NCBI RefSeq assembly: GCF_037042905.1
Contig: NC_087246.1
Span: forward strand, 4,776,001 to 4,840,000
Length of the DNA stretch: 64,000 bases
Reading direction: 5' to 3'
From: Lytechinus pictus
Lineage: Eukaryota
How positions within the stretch are numbered: position 1 is the first letter of the stretch; each line of letters begins with the position of its first letter. A model generated the notes under the pieces. That model had not been told where the DNA came from. It did no database searches and was given only the letters and a program-made list of their open reading frames with translations. Position numbers and translations under genes: made by a program. Below, one piece after another: positions 10,984 to 23,700 of the stretch.

Positions 10984-13704
10984 CATGGTATAACGAAAAT
11001 CTTAGCTTGCGCTTTGCACTCCAACACTGGTCAGAGGGACAATTATCTTCTCCCTGCATACAGTCCTTGGCATGACATTAAATCAAAATTTCACATGGTG
11101 CTTCGCGCTATGAGTTTTCGCTCTGTGACTTACGGGACTTTCAGCGACGCGGGTGTATAGCAAGCTCTCATGATAACCGGACCCTTTAACATTAATTTCT
11201 TGATATTAAGAATAAGATTAAAGCTAAACTGTACTCTTAAGGGTGGTCCCTAGCCACCCCCATCTTTTGGTTCTTTGAGCGGCCGATCAGGGGAAATGTG
11301 CATGAAAATATCTTCTACCCCCTCCCTCCATATGATATAATAGCTGGATCAACCTCTGATTTAAATAGTCTAACTACCATTTGGTCTGATTATCACCTTT
11401 TCCAATACTCACTTGATCTAAGTGCCATTTAGTCTTATGCACAGTTTGTCTGACTTCGTCTACTTATTATTTTGCACTTTTTAAATTAAAAAAAATTATT
11501 TCATAATAATACATGTATAATAGACTAAGTAGTGTTCCAGTGGATATTGGACGACTGGGAACTTGACTTTTTTGACGAATCGCGGTTAATAGTTGGCAAT
11601 AGTTGGCGAACTGTTGTAGACGAACTAGGATTGCTGGGATGAGACTACGGGATTCTATTTCCGTGGAAGACATGCACCAAGCGAGTGTAAATAAAGTGGT
11701 AATGATTACCGATTCTCAACTTTTGCAACTGGACAGAAAAACAAAACAAAGAAACAAAAGACCAAATGATCGGAAGTTGGAATATACCAAACTGCACATG
11801 ACGCCTGGTATTTTGCCTTACCATAATTTCCATCTCCTGTCTCCTAACGCACCCCAAAAAACCTCTCCCTCTACACCTCTTTCTAAACGCACACACTAGT
11901 CTGCAGGCACAGACCCTGATTGAATTTTTTTATCAACAAGTGAGTCTCGACACAAGACTGGCACAAAATGATAAAACTTGCCGTTTTATGAGAGGGACTT
12001 TCTGTACACAAAGAAGTCTTTGACTTGGGACTTCGGGTTGCATATCTAGACAACTATCTTCGAGTGAAGAACTACCGTGACATCCATACACATCATACAA
12101 TTACAAATAAATGAAAATTAATGTGGATCGTAATTACATTCTGATTAAGAAATATGATTTTATTATAATATAATATGATTAAATAAAAATGTGTGGCTAA
12201 TCTTACTGCATGAGAATAATTTTCATGAAAGCTCGATAACAGATCTGTAAATCACTTTGCATAAGAGCTATATACGATCAGTGTTCACAACATCAAATCG
12301 TAAAGTCATTTCGACAACACACTGAAGAAGAAGGAGGAGGAGATGAGGAAGATGACGAGGAAGGGATGGAGGAAGAAGAAGAAGAAGAAGAAACAGAAGA
12401 ATAAGAATAAGACGACGACACCTCAGTCCAGATGTGAAATATAATTTCTCACACTTAAGTTTCTTAATGAACCTTTAATTTATGTTTCTGACACATAACA
12501 TAATCATGAAAACGTTATAATTTCTTACGAGAAATGTCGCACTTACACAAAATGACAATTTAAAATACAGTCGATTACAAATACATTATACATGTATAGA
12601 CATCCAGCAAGCTTAGAGTATTATATGAATTTTAAAACAGTCATGTTCTTTTTAATTCTTTGGCATTTCCTATAAATCTGCACTAGTAATGAGACAACGA
12701 CACTTGAAATTTGAACTTAGCTGAGTAAATTAGATTACAAAAAATATACGTTTTGTCATATTCTGTCAAAGTAAGACAATATGAAGGCATCAATATTCAG
12801 GCTTTATCTTTCTTGTATTTTTCTTTTCTAGCACTTTATCTTCAGCATTATTTTGTTCCTGAGTTTAACAAATATTCTCACTCTCTTGCATCAGTGATTA
12901 TATATTTTGGAAAAAACAATGTTTTATCAAAGTAATACTGTATTTCAAGCAATGTCAATTGACGTGTTTAAAAAAAAATTCACATAAAATGTAAGTTTTT
13001 AGATCAATTACACATTGTGCCTTTGAAGTAGTTCCGAAACGCCCGAGGCGTAACCAAGTGTAGGCTGCAGTAGCGATGTGGATCCTATCAAAGTTTGCTG
13101 TTTGATAAATCATCCTCATAGGTGAAATTATACAAACAACAATATCCACACTTAAGACAACCAATGAACGGGGACATATTTATTAACGCTTTTCGACTGA
13201 CAACCTGTCGGGGAAGCGTTTGGTTTGTCTTCTGACAAATTTTCAGATCTGGTTCTATGTATAACTGTCGTTATGGTAACCGTTGATTATCATGTCATAG
13301 CAACGGTCAACAGTGGCGTAATGGGTCACGGAACGAACAAAAATTGATTGAGTCACTTATTGATTGTGCGAAGCATTCTCATTTTCTCTCATAAACTGAT
13401 TTGATAAAGGGATATTCAGATAAAAATTCCAACAAGACCTTTCTTGAAACACCCATGAAAAGGGACATTTTAGGAATGCTAGAGCGCGAACTTGAGCTGC
13501 AATTTTGTCGAGATTCCCGATACCAACATTATCAAGCACCATTTTTATTCAGGAGAATGGTAGATAAGCAATATCATATCAAACGTCAGCCAATTTACCG
13601 AGATGTCTTTTAGGCTTTCTAATTGTCATGGGTCATTCGTTAAGTCTTGTCTTACTGTTTAGAGATCAGTGTGTGTTTCTTTATACGAACTGATTTGTGA
13701 AAAT

Positions 13705-13975
13705 AGTGGCGTACAGATGGGGGCACTTCCCGCCCCCTTACAAAATAAAATTTTCACAACCAAGAAAAAAAAGGAAAGTAAAGAGAGAGGGGTAAATTAT
13801 GATAGCATTTTCTGAATATCATGTCAAAATCTATCTCAAAATTTGATATTTGTGATAAAAATGTCGAAGTTTTTGCTCATCCGCTTCGCTTGCGAGCAAC
13901 TTTTTTTTTTTATAGATTTTGTCCGATACGCCATGTGTGGCCCCCTCAAATTTTTTGGGGCTCATTACGCCACTG
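13705..13975. mobile_element. hAT-like MITE
   Basis: tagtggcgta ... ttacgccactg ends; related copies at about 8957, 44600 and 50858. Confidence 0.6.
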
Positions 13976-14547
13976 TGTTAAAACCCTACGCCGTCAAGCG
14001 AGAGCATTTCCCCGTCATGCCTGACATTATACAGTGGCCAGATCTAACAACCTCCGTGAGTTTGATTGGTCGATAAACGCAGGAGTCTCACTAGCTGTTA
14101 CTCGGACGATGAAAAGCACACAAGATGTCGGATAAAACATGTCCTTTTGTGAAACACTACCAAGATTTGCTTCGGAGTCGACATTTCCGCACGTTATTTC
14201 AACCAGCATATCAGTTTATATTTTCATGATTATTCAGTACTCACAATCGGTCTTATCACAATCATGATTCACCGATGAAATTACGAGATGAAAGGTCTTT
14301 CAGCATCTTCACATCCAATGAGGTAGGCTATTGACTTTGCTCGTTTCCGTTAGATTAGATTAATGAAAACAAATTGTTTTTCATTTACATGCATCCTCAC
14401 ATATTTTCACAGTCTCCATGATCTTGTTGAGATATCGATCAAAACTGATTTAGAAGAAATAAAGAATTATGTCTTGGAATAATATGGCGCTCTTCTGTAG
14501 TGTCTTCTCTCTTACATAAAACATCGAAAGCGACGGTATACGACACA

Positions 14548-14784
14548 TCAAGCAGTCCGACAAGACAGTGAAAAGATCGCGCCAAGACTTACAACGACAA
14601 CATACGACAAGAGTGAATTAGAAATGAGACGTGTGGGTGACGCTTGTCCCTTTTGGTCTGTATCATAAGTTCCTCGCTCCACTGTAGCGATCTTCAGACT
14701 ACTGAGTACAGGATTCAGGGTGATTGCAGGGTGCTTTGAGTTGATCATATTTGATAATCTATATAGCTGATTGAAGCAGGAGTT
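14548..14784 (-). CDS. GFRalpha/RECK-like gene, last coding exon (RECK-like C-terminus plus GPI signal)
   Basis: NSCFNQLYRLSNMINSKHPAITLNPVLSSLKIATVE...ISNSLLSYVVVVSLGAIFSLSCRTA*; acceptor ttttccttacag; hydrophobic C-terminal tail. Confidence 0.85.
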   Translation of the reverse strand, partial: NSCFNQLYRLSNMINSKHPAITLNPVLSSLKIATVERGTYDTDQKGQASPTRLISNSLLSYVVVVSLGAIFSLSCRTA

Positions 14785-17700
14785 CTGTAAGGAAAATAAA
14801 TGATTAGGGTGATGAACAATGTAATACCGCCCCCACGATAGATCTGCTGGATGTTTTTTTCTTCAAAGAATTAGATTTATTAATGTAGGTTATTCACTAC
14901 TGTTATCATGGGCGGAAATCCCAGGGGGACAGGGGGACGCGCCCCCCACCCAAATGGTAGGGGGACACAATATCAAATGTCCCCGCTACTATTTTTTGGT
15001 CTTTTAGGATGGAAAGAAATACATCATTCAAAATCGAAATAAAACATGTATTTTTTGGACTCGGATATCTGGAGTGGACCCAGAATTTCAGTATGGGGGA
15101 AGTATAGAATATATATTTTTTTTTACAAATAACAAAATGTGGTCCTCACTTCAAAAGATACCTATTTTCATCCTCACTTGTAAAGGGGCATTGCGATACA
15201 ACGGGTCATTGTATATCACATCATTATTTGGATCAAGGAGGGGGTGGGGGGGGGGGGCTGCCCCATGTACCACCAGGATCCACACCTGAAGGTTGGTACA
15301 TATTCAAAAACATGCTGTTAGCTCAATCTTTTCAGTGTTTAAATATTAGTGTCATTTATCGGTGTAATGTAATTTCATGCTAGGATATATGGAGCTTTAA
15401 CTTAGCATTTTCAATATTAGCAGGCATACAACTTGAGCAAAGAATTCAGAAAGAAAGGCTTTGCAATCATGGACTTTAACATACCATATTATCTGTGTAA
15501 TACACTGATATGAGAATAGTATTATCCGTATGTTCCAATAGTTGCAACTGGCATGGTACCTGCAATGAAATTACAAATAGCATGATCAAAATATAAGATA
15601 TGTACATGTATTTAATACAGAAACAGGCTACGAGCTTTGATATAAATGCAGTTACAAGTTTATTTTGTAATTGATTCTTGATACATTGTATTAGCAAAGA
15701 GCATCAACGCAAAATTTGTGCGAATTAATTACCTGGAATCCATGGTAACAGTAAACTGAGCGTCAAAAGTAATTGCTTGTAAAATTTATCAGAGCATTTT
15801 CATTATTTTGGAAGTCCAATCAACTTTCAAAAAATACTTGGAGGTGGTTATATTTACCGGTTCCTGATGATCTAAGATGGTTTGTAAATCACTGATAATA
15901 GAACTATCTCCAATAGATTCATCTAGCTGAGAGTTGAGATGATCCAAAGATACACTGTCGTAAGCTATGCTGATGCTTGGAGATACTAGATGGGGTCGAA
16001 ACAGAAGGTGAATGAGAAAGAGAAATAACAATATTAGCACATGTCAGTGTAGGAATATGTTGGGGTATAATTAAGATGAGGGTGTTTGGATGCAAACCCC
16101 CTATTACATAATTACAGGTACAAGGGGTGTGAATCGAGGCATGGCCCCGTGGTTTGGAAGTAGGGGTGTGCCAGTGGTTGTATGGGAGTAATTCACATTT
16201 GGTGGGGGTTATCATTTGACATAGATGGATGAGCCATTGCCCACATGGTATATCTGGAAATAGTGTACAACTAAACAAAGAGCAAGTGTCTGTTTGACGA
16301 GATTCCCGACTGGTATTGAACTGTTCTTGAACTGTTTCGCCAAAATCACATTTCAAAAGATCAAGAACTGCAGCGCTTTCAAATTTATCAATTCATGAAT
16401 AATCTTAAAATAAAAATATGCTTTTAGTCTTGAAAACAACAGATTACTTGTAAAAAAAATAACCAGGCAAAAGAACGATTATCAACGACCCTAATCCCCA
16501 GTCGTTTTTGCCAATCAAATTATTTTAATGGACCCTATATATAATGGAATACATTAAATCAAAAATTAAAAATGTCCCTATAACTTAATCAAGTTTAAAA
16601 CATATTTTGAAATAAAAAAATACCTATAGTATAGTAGTATAGTATTTATTTTCCGTATAAACAAAATTACAAAACGGATGGATTTAGTTATACTGTATAA
16701 TTCGCGTTGTATTTTCCATTCCAAAATTCAATTACAAAATCGTTTCGTTATTTTTGCACGAGTGTTTATAGAAACAATATTTAAAGAGCAGAAATATAAT
16801 TTTATCTTCATTTTATCTTTGGTTCTGATTTTCACATGAAACATGATAACGCCATAGAAATGTAAGTATATAATTATATGACACATATAGCAGTGGGCCC
16901 ATAAGAGCTTAGATGTTCAATCAATCGTAAAATGTCAAATGTATGATCAATAATTGCCAAGTTTTAAGTTTGTGAGACCTTTTTACCGTGTTGTGTCTGT
17001 TTTCCTGATGAGCCTGTCCCGTGTCTGCTTGTACAAAGAACTTTTCCAGTCAAACATATGCAATGTCCATACGACGGATGAGAGAATAATTCATTGTTTT
17101 CTGTGAAGAAGAAAAAAACGATAAACAATATTACTATCTTATTTTTATAACTTACTATTATAACACATTCAGACTAATAAAACAGATTCCAAACCAACCA
17201 ATAATAATATCTTTTCCGAACAGGGGCCCGTTTTATGAAGAGTTACAAATGTTGTAACTTATTCCATCCATGACAACTCCCCTTGGTAACCTTGATTATG
17301 ATTGGCTGCTGAGGCATGTTGCCATGGTAGTTGCCATTGTGGCAAAGTTACAACAGTTGTGAGTCCTTTATGAAACGGGGCCCTGGGCCCGCGACACAAA
17401 AGCAGTGATCGTAGAACATTATTTAAACGATTGATTGCATCGACTACATTGTACAATTAATTGTGAAAATAAGAATACGATTAATCACTAACCTTTGTGT
17501 TACGGGACCCTTGTCTCAGTTTTACTGTATAGCATTAAACCGATCTAGCAGTTTGGGCTTGTTAAATCCCCCAAATTAACTTCCCATTGGACGAGATAAT
17601 CTTTTTCGAATTTCACTGAATCTTTTATTCATTAATTGATCTATCAATACATTTATTCATTCATGCATTTATTTACCAAATTATTTCGCTGTTTTTCTTT

Positions 17701-20327
17701 ATTCGTTTACGTATGCCTATTTATTAATTAATTAATTTATTTATTTGCATAGTATACAAATCTATTTTATTGTAATCATTATGATTAGGGGAACAGTTCA
17801 GTACATGTAAAACGGACTTTCCGATAATAATTGGTAGGGTCTTACTAAATTCTATGTTGTTGACTAAACAATGGGCGTCTTCTGGGCAGGGCTGTGAAAC
17901 ACAATTTTCCATGTTTCCATTATAAACACAAACACACAGAGAGTAGCATCTACCATCAAACGAGACCTGTGGATAAAGGACAAAAACTTTTTTTTTTTAA
18001 AGATAAATGAAGTGGCGATGAAAGAAGCCACAATGTCATAGTCTTTTTTACGAGATCTTGCTAAAACTTTAACTGGCCTGCTCCTTAATTTGTTTTGCCA
18101 TTTAAATCCGATAACAATATAGGTATTGGTGCAGAATACTCATCGAGACATAAATCTACGAATTCAACGAACGATGCACGCAACTGATTTCATTTTACGA
18201 CTTCAAATATATCTGTTTAATCGAATAAACCTAATTTAAAAAAATCAAAGATTCGGGCAGTGTCAAAGAAATGCATATAACCTATACCGCATTATTGCTA
18301 TGATCAGTGCAAAACTTTCTTGTTAAGTGGAAAACGCCTTCAGTTTTTTTCACTGCCTGTATACATAAACATGCGAAGTCCGGAATAATGTCGTATAATA
18401 TAATTATTCCCGGGGCCAATGATAGTTGTGATACATAATACCAACCCTTATCACCATGATCAATATCATCACCAAATACATATAGCGATATCATATTTTT
18501 GGGGTAATATCATTATATTTGATTTTAAAAAGATATTTGTTAAAGAAAACTTTATTTCATATATCATCATGACTTGAAATGAGTGTAAAGAATTAATTTA
18601 ATATTCCCGTTGGTCAGTAGTTGAAAAAAAGTGAATACCAATGCGTAAGATCCTGGCTTGACTCTGTATGGCACTCCGTTCTGACTGCTGTTTACAATGC
18701 ATACTGTTATATTTGGAAATAGAACAGAAGAAAACAAGTTTAATGTAAACAAACTTCAAAATGAAACTCGATGTGGTACCCATCAATTAATTTGTTTTGA
18801 TTAATCTACATATTTTCAAACCTTTAAATCTATTTATTTTCAAATCAGTCAGGTATCCCATTTGTCGTCCTGAATAATCATAAACACTTATAAATATAAA
18901 CAAACAACATAATCATTTGACAAATAAGTCAAACATGCGTAAATTCACTCTGATTAATCATGTACATCTATCAAACACTGAACAATTATTTACGTGACGC
19001 GGTTGAGCCGGTGACAAATTATAACTATATGATTAAACAATCGCTTATAAAATAGGAGCGAGCTGACCAACCGCTTGTGGTCTGTCATTGACCGTATATG
19101 TTATAAATAGTTAGACTTAAGTTATACCTTTTGAAATGTGTAGAGAAACTATAACGCTTTTCAGAGGAAAAGTACCTGCATTGGAACTTGGTAGCATACA
19201 TGTATTTATTGCGATATGAATGTATTGACTAGTCAATAAGTGAGTGATTTTTCAAGTGGGCCTATATATTAAAAGACTACTCTATTCATGTTTCATTATG
19301 GGTTAGGAACATGTTCAGATTTTAATAGGACTCGAGGTGTGGCAATTAGGGCTTCTGATTCGTATACCCTTAACGACTTGAAGTAGAAAGCTTTTCTCGA
19401 ATTCCGAACAATACCGTTGCAGTTTTGAACATTTATATCGGTATAGGGATAGTCGGAAGAATCGACATTGCATCTCACCGTTTCCAATTTCTCTACAAAA
19501 CTACAACATGGCGCAAAAATGACTGACTGGTTGAAACCTTGTGTGCATATGAAGGCGTATGTGCATGTGGGTATAGATGAGGATGTGTGTATGTGTGGGT
19601 GTGTATTTGCAGTCGATACAACCAACGCTACATTGGGAAAGAGGGGAAAGACTTCGTTTTCGATGTAAAACAGATAATCGCTTAGGACTATACTCATGCA
19701 ATCGCCCACAGTTTAATCCATCATACGCCAAGCCCCACATCGCACACACCCACACACACCCCATACATGTCAAGTCAATAACCCTCACACATTGCATATT
19801 CACAAGAACCGTGTATATCTACTCTAGTCAAAGCAGAGTCAATGTTAATTCTTGTGTATGTGACTTATTATTTTGCTCAAAATAATCTGTCAAGTTTTAT
19901 TTTGATCTAATATACTTTGATCTGGCGAATACAGGCGTATATGAGAGAAAGATGCTAAATGACTGATATTTGCAGAATGTGTTATTAATATTGATACTAT
20001 CATTACTATTATCAAAATCATCATCATCATCACCGTCGTTATTCGTCATACCAATCATCATCAGAATCATCTTCATATCATCATTATCAACACCATCACC
20101 TTCACAATCATCACCATCACCATCATCATCGTAATTCATCATCATCACATCATCATTATGATCATCATCATATCATTATAACCATCATCAGCATCATCAT
20201 ATCAACGTCATACTCGTTTCAACATCAATTCATCATCATCATCGCCATCACCACCACCACCACCACCACCACCATCATCATCACCACCATCATCATCATC
20301 ATCATCATCATCGCCACCATCACCGTC

Positions 20328-20361
<34 letters not shown>

Positions 20362-20685
20362 TCACCACCATCACCATTATCAGCATTGTCATCATTACTA
20401 CTATCTTCAATATAATAAGGTGATTTGTAAAAAAATTGATTGATGAAGACATTGTTAACCCGTTCTGCCCGATTTGAATTTAACCACCCCATACGATTTC
20501 ATTTTGCGGGAAACAGAAGAATAACAGAGCCGAGACATTACAAATAATCATCTCTTAATGATTTGGAGTGTTATATTTCTGTGTTCAGATCGTCTTATTC
20601 ATGAGCAAGAGGGAAAAGATACAGAGTAATAGATATATATATATATATATATATATAGATAGATAGATAGAGATAAAAAAGATAG

Positions 20686-20748
<63 letters not shown>

Positions 20749-23700
20749 GGGGAGAGGGGCGTGAGGACCAGGGTAGGACGAAGACGACAGAGAAGGAGAG
20801 ATAGAGAGGCGGATATCATGGCTCTGGAAAGCGGATGTGCTGAAGATAGTACCCTCCAAGATTTGTCTAAGTGGTGCAGCGTATATGTTATACACCATAG
20901 AAATCACTCCCCTTTCTCGTATGTTTAAAGTTGAAAATTTTTACCAAAATCACTTTCATTTTGGTACATGATCTTTTTTCTAGCACTCCCTTTTCCAAAA
21001 TCGTTCAGAGGACCCTGGCGGATATGTGTATTTATAATCTTATGAGGTTGTGGGAGTTTTAGGGTGTCTATGTGTGTGTATGTGTGTGGAATGAAATACT
21101 TCTGGGGACAGTATCTTACATATTTCAATCAATTGGGGACGTCCCCAGTCCAGATAATCATTTTTTTTTTCATTTCAAACCGTTTCATATATAATTATAG
21201 TAATGGCATGATTAGTAAAAAGTTCATGTTTGGCCAAATGAACTCAAGTTGGGTGTGTAGGGCGGTAGGAAGCATCCCCGGTTAGCGCACTATGCTCACG
21301 TTTATCAGAAAATGAGCCCTGTAAAATAATGGAATTAATTCAAAATTTTGAGTTTATGAGACCACACACGCACGTCTTCGTTTCTGCGATGAATGACAAA
21401 TAAGTCCCCGACAGTCAAATCAAAAGTGCGTGAGTGTGTTTGTGTGTGCATTTTTACTAAGGAAAATGACCACTCTCTCAAATTGTTGTATACTGGAAGG
21501 ATTTAGATCAATGTTCTTGTACTAAAGTAAATATTATAAAAAAGACAGATATGTAACTTAATGATTTAAATTATGTGTATGATATCAACGGTCAGCATGC
21601 TCGAAGTGTCATTTTCAGTGAAAAAAAAGAACGACGCTTGAAGGAGCTTTCTTATTTATTTGTTTTATTCAGTTGATAGTTGCTTCTATGTTATTTTACT
21701 TGTTAACACAGTTTTATATCAAGTCAAAATCTATGCAGGAAATAATTTCATAACGATTAGTTTTGCTACCTTTTAAATAATTACATGGAACGAAATCCGT
21801 AATTTATACGATATCTTTGTTTCATTTATTGAATGATCTGTAGGTATATCTTATATCTTACATAACAAAACGATAAGGATATGTCAGCAACACATTCATT
21901 ATCGTCATTGAAACTCCATTTAAATGTATCGGAACTCTGTTTTTATCTGCTTTCATATTAAAAGATATTGAATTATTTCTTGAAAGAAGCATCCACAATT
22001 TGAAAGGTTGAGGGCTATGTGAGTTAAATCACTCGGACGATAAGACTCTGGTTCCTAAATTCTTCTTTTTCTCGAGTCGATCAAGAATATTTTCATGAAT
22101 TAAACGTAAGAGTCAAGAAGGATCCTTTGTTAGATCCATACAGTTTCTTACATAATGCCTTAAACATCCTTATATCATATTATAATAGTTATTCAGAAGA
22201 AAAGATGCAACAAGTCAAGCATGTCAAGTACTCTACACAACGAAGGTTGTGAAATAATGCCCTTTTTGGTCTTTTATCCACGGCGGAAGAAAATATAATG
22301 AAGGCACAAAATCAACGTGGTCCAATAATCCTGAATGTAATTATTACAGTCACACTCATTATACATGACTGTTCGAAAATGAAATAAAGGTATGATGCTG
22401 ATTTAACATCTGCAATGAACATGATACTGCATAAACCTCATAGAATCATTAAAATCGTCTGTCCAATGTATTGCAGGTGCAGGAAGTTATAAGAGGTGTT
22501 CTTGTGTTCCCTTATCTTGTGATTGCGTCACTGCTCATGGTATGGACTGGCGCTTCGGTTGTCGCATGGTTCGAAGCCTGACCCGACGTTCCCATTCACG
22601 AATTGCATGATGGAAGAAGTGGCGTACAGGGTGATATCCTGGCTGATGCTGAAGACCATCCACCTGTTCAGATACACGCTGATGCAGTGGTTGAGGAAGC
22701 GGTAGACGCAACGAGGCCGGTAATGGATCGTGTTGAGTGTAGAGATGTCGGAGAAAACTCTTTGATTCGGGGGACAGGTGTAGGCTAGATTGACGCACTC
22801 TATCATTGGTTGCTCCCTCACCGTTCCGATTCTGACATGAGCGTTGTCGTTTCGTCAGTACAACCGATCGATTCGTAGACGGATTTGCTGCTTGTATTGT
22901 GAGACAAACCAGATTCTAATATACATAGCAGTCATTCAAGTCTTCTGGTGCAGTTTCATTGTAAAGGTGTACCATTGATTTGAGATATATCCATGCTTTA
23001 TACAACATAATGGTGAACGAGGTGAAGATGTCTCGGGATGTGTGCTAAAGGAATTACATTATGCCAGAAAAAAATCAATCTTTCCTGGTAAAAGTGCAGA
23101 CAGTGCGTGCGATTATGATGTAGCATTTATGAGGCGCCGATTATCTTGTTGCCTATTCAATGGTGCAATATTACCACAGTTAGAGCTACAGCTGCTAAAG
23201 CCGCTCGGTGTATATTCGAGGAAGTATTCTGCCGAGTACCCATTCAACTCACCTGGGTTGAGTGCAGCACAATGTGGTTAAATTTCTTGCTGAAGGAAAA
23301 AATGCCATGGCTTGGATTCGAACCCACGTTTCTCCGATTGAAAGACGAGAGTCATAACCACTTGACCACGACGCCTCCACAATTTGTATACATTATTAAT
23401 TGTTATACTAGTAATATAATGCGTTTCTCGAGGTAAACGCCTGTGGGTTTTTTTAAACGACACCCTAAAAACTTTTTTTTAAATTTGTCCTTTCATAAAC
23501 CTGGCACATACTTTAAGAAAGACAAAAGTTCACTAGCTTTGAAATTATATCGTTGGCTATGGAATAGAGAAAAGTAATTTTGAAGCTATAACAGAATAAA
23601 TCAGTGTAAGTGCAATTTGCTTGGTGAGATTGTGACGATTCATAAAATACAATAGACTTGACGTCATAGTTCACTCTTGTATGTCTGACTGCAGTGACAC

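Noticed and set aside
15919..16356. 145-aa minus-strand ORF
   Set aside because: Mostly intronic, overlaps exon 14 in a different frame, and has no recognisable motif.
23300..23378. tRNA genes here, at about 583-650 and at about 46295-46370
   Set aside because: No complete cloverleaf or acceptor stem, and each continues into a SINE body.
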